NCBI GenBank assembly: GCA_937989675.1
Contig: CALKRK010000167.1
Coordinates: forward strand, 1-60,420
DNA from: an uncultured Arenicella sp.
GTDB lineage: Bacteria > Pseudomonadota > Gammaproteobacteria > Arenicellales > Arenicellaceae
Direction: 5' to 3'
Length of the DNA stretch: 60,420 bases
The notes under the pieces were generated by a model, which searched no databases, had not been told where the DNA came from, and worked only from the letters and a program-made list of their open reading frames with translations. The position numbers were made by a program, and so were the translations under genes. Shown in pieces: positions 58,301-60,420 of the stretch. Numbering within the stretch: the first letter of the stretch is position 1; every line of letters starts with the position of its first letter.

Positions 58301-59587
58301 TTGGAGCCAATTAATGTGATGGAACGGTATAGAACGCCTGATTGGTCATCTATTCTTTTACCAACGGTCAACCACGCAGAAAAGTCCGTAATCAGAGAGA
58401 TGTTCCAACGGTTACGTAGTGGAGACATCATCTCATTTGCAGGTGGTATGCCTGACGTTTCAATGTTCCCGTATCGTGAGATTGAAGCGGCGACTGATCA
58501 AATTTTCAGTGATCATAGCCATAGGGTGACCGCATTTAACTATGGCCCTACAGAAGGTTACATGCCTCTACGACAATGGATAGTAGGGCATATGCGTAGT
58601 TTGGGTTTGATTCTTGAACCAGACAATATCCTGATAACTTCAGGAGGACAACAAGCACTAGATCTAGCGTGCCGTTCCATGCTTCGCCCACGTGATTCCG
58701 TGATTGTAGCCCAGCCAACTTATTTAGGTGCGCTGCAAATCTTGAGAACCTACGGAGCTAGAATTGTTTCAGTTGCAACAGATGAAAATGGTCCGTTACC
58801 CAAAGAGTTCGAGGCCGCATTGTGTGAAAATGTCAAGTTTGTCTATCTTGTCTCAGATTTTTCGAATCCGACAGGCCTATCAATCTCGAGCGAGCGACGA
58901 CAGCTACTAATCGAGCTCGCAAGACTTAAAGGCATTCCAATTGTGGACGACGCGGCGTATCAACAACTTCGATATGCTGGCGACAACATCTCTCCAATGA
59001 TCTCGATTGATCAACGTATAACTTGTGATAACGATAGAGAACCGCTTGAAAATGGTGGTGTTATTCATATCGGCACGTTTTCCAAAACAATGATGCCTGG
59101 TCTTCGAGTGGGGTGGATGGCGGCACCAAAACCCTATCTAAATAAATTAATTCCCCTCAAACAAGCAACCGATCTTCATTCTTCTCTGTTGAACCAAATG
59201 ATCACATACAACGTCATTAAAGAGATTTTCGATGATCATGTTGCAGCTCTTTGTAAAGCCTACGGTGAAAAGCGGGATTGTATGATTTCCGCAATGCACG
59301 ACAACATTCCGAGCCAAGTTGAATTTACCACACCTGAAGGTGGAATGTTTGTATGGGTGACCTTACCTAAAGGCAGCGATGCAATAAAATTGCTCGATCT
59401 ATCTATGAAACAAGCAAAGGTTGCCTTTATTCCAGGTGCACCCTTCTATGCAAACGCTGAAGATGGAATGAGATATTGTAGGTTCAGTTTTTCAGGAGTC
59501 TCCAATGAGGAAATCTTTGAAGGCATAAAGCGCCTCGGTGAATTGTTGACTGATGTGCTGAGTGGTTCACGACGGGGTGAGAATTAG
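58301..59587 (+). CDS. PLP-dependent aminotransferase, class I (LysN/ARO8/MocR-like, no HTH)
   Basis: ISFAGGMP, YGPTEG, TSGGQQAL, NPTG, DDAAY, TFSKTMMPGLRVGW, PEGGMF. Confidence 0.92.
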   Translation: MEPINVMERYRTPDWSSILLPTVNHAEKSVIREMFQRLRSGDIISFAGGMPDVSMFPYREIEAATDQIFSDHSHRVTAFNYGPTEGYMPLRQWIVGHMRSLGLILEPDNILITSGGQQALDLACRSMLRPRDSVIVAQPTYLGALQILRTYGARIVSVATDENGPLPKEFEAALCENVKFVYLVSDFSNPTGLSISSERRQLLIELARLKGIPIVDDAAYQQLRYAGDNISPMISIDQRITCDNDREPLENGGVIHIGTFSKTMMPGLRVGWMAAPKPYLNKLIPLKQATDLHSSLLNQMITYNVIKEIFDDHVAALCKAYGEKRDCMISAMHDNIPSQVEFTTPEGGMFVWVTLPKGSDAIKLLDLSMKQAKVAFIPGAPFYANAEDGMRYCRFSFSGVSNEEIFEGIKRLGELLTDVLSGSRRGEN

Positions 59588-59593
59588 GCAAAA

Positions 59594-59640
59594 TGGTGGG
59601 CCCGGGAGGACTCGAACCTCCGACCAATGAATTATGAGTC
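59594..59640 (-). repeat. Duplicated 3' half of a CAT-anticodon tRNA (probably tRNA-Ile2); att-site direct repeat of a genomic island
   Basis: Minus strand GACTCATAATTCATTGGTC-GGAGG-TTCGAGT-CCTCC-CGGGCCCA-CCA has the anticodon loop, T-arm and CCA; the 5' half is replaced by AT-rich sequence. Confidence 0.85.
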
Positions 59641-59836
59641 TGGAAAATAAACAATAAATTTAATATAATCAATGACTTATAATACTAATTAGTATTAACA
59701 CTATTTTCAATAAAATCAATAATTTAGGCTAATTTGGAGCAATTAGTAAAAACTGAGCACTGTACTCGTAGTGTACTCGTCTCAAGAAGAAATGTTTTTC
59801 AAAGCCAATGCAAAAACTTCAAACCGACTAAAAAAC

Positions 59837-60307
59837 TTAGATCAATTTCTTTCCATCGCTTTTCCAACGGGCCTTTATATAATCACTAAACTCAGGTTCA
59901 TCTGCATGCTCCATAACGATTACTTGTGGCAAAAACCCAGCTTTTTGGTGAATTTCAGATAGTGTATCGTTTATGACTTTAAAAATATTTTTCACTTGGA
60001 TTATATTCTCGTCAACATCACCTTCTCCTTCATCTGCCCCATACTGCCTAGGAAAATAAACTTGACTAGGTTGATCTAAAAATAAAATTGATGGGATAGC
60101 AGACTTGCTTTCAATACAATTTAAATAAAGCAATGAAAGAAATAAAGATAGATGGCAAGCTAACCAATTGGCTCCACTTCCCATTTCAGACAGGTGAATC
60201 TTTTCATTTTCATCATGTACATAGTAGAAATCAAATGTATCAAGTTCAAATTTCAGAACTCCTGGTTTTAGTTCTTCTTCAAAATCTAATTTATTGCATA
60301 TCGAAGT
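59837..60307 (-). pseudogene. C-terminal part of a DUF3732 protein (ABC-3C/Lamassu-like SMC-type ATPase), interrupted by IS3
   Basis: GSGANW...H...F, Walker-B-like ILFLDQPSQVYFP, QVIVMEHAD; the frame runs into the IS left end at 60308. Confidence 0.75.
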
Positions 60308-60420
60308 TGGTTCGCCCCGGGTTGATCGGAGACTAATTTTCTTGAGAGGATTAGACAATGAACAGAAGACCTGGATATTCTCCCGAAGTACGGGAACGCG
60401 CGGTTCGATTGGTTTTAACT
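60308..60420 (+). mobile_element. IS3-family insertion sequence (IS51/IS629-like), left end
   Basis: IRL TGGTTCGCCCCGGGTTGATCGGAGACTAA resembles the IS629-type TGAACCGCCCCGGG...GGAGACTAA; followed by a GAGAGG RBS and orfA. Confidence 0.88.
60358..60420 (+). CDS. IS3-family transposase OrfA (partial)
   Basis: MNRRPGYSPEVRERAVRLVLT, a typical IS3 OrfA N-terminus. Confidence 0.85.
   Translation, partial: MNRRPGYSPEVRERAVRLVLT

Larger units (their letters stand above)
59641..60420. mobile_element. Left end of a tRNA-integrated genomic island extending beyond the window
   Basis: Bounded by the tRNA 3' repeat; IHF consensus WATCAANNNNTTR at 59667-59679 and 59714-59726; direct repeat TGTACTCGT at 59761 and 59772; AT-rich; defence-type cargo and an IS. 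Confidence 0.7.

Noticed and set aside
59594-59670. Intact tRNA-Met/Ile gene
   Set aside because: Only the anticodon loop to CCA is present; there is no D-arm or 5' acceptor strand, so it is called an att repeat.
60308-60358. N-terminus of the 173 aa minus-strand ORF as a real start
   Set aside because: These codons are the reverse complement of the IS3 left end.
1-60420. CRISPR array, rRNA or prophage structural genes
   Set aside because: No regularly spaced repeats, rRNA-like sequence or phage genes were seen.

Overview
Bacterial DNA with Proteobacteria-type gene content (TonB receptors, FecI/FecR, IHF-type sites), most likely a gammaproteobacterium. From left to right: (1) an NAD-dependent molybdo-formate dehydrogenase operon fdsGBA-fdhD with a divergent FdsR/ModE-type regulator; (2) an ECF sigma / FecR / STN-domain TonB-dependent transducer cassette; (3) a ~36 kb catabolic island (~12.1-47.8 kb) for an unidentified, probably N-heterocyclic substrate, with flavin oxidoreductases and monooxygenases, cupins, a PhyH dioxygenase, a PuuE-like amidohydrolase, an isochorismatase, a Cys-less Asp/Glu racemase-fold protein, two aldehyde dehydrogenases, PrpE, three MFS transporters and a second TonB receptor; it also carries two copies of a module pairing a SAM-methyltransferase-fold protein with a ~100 aa helical protein; (4) a methylaspartate ammonia-lyase / CoA-transferase / flavin monooxygenase / CitE-type lyase operon; (5) a mixed tail with an enoyl-CoA hydratase pseudogene, an SDR, an exported RidA and an aminotransferase; (6) the edge of a genomic island, marked by a duplicated 3' half of a CAT-anticodon tRNA with IHF and arm-type repeats, then a DUF3732 (ABC-3C-type) gene cut by an IS3-family element. 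All family calls come from motifs read by eye; no database searches were run.
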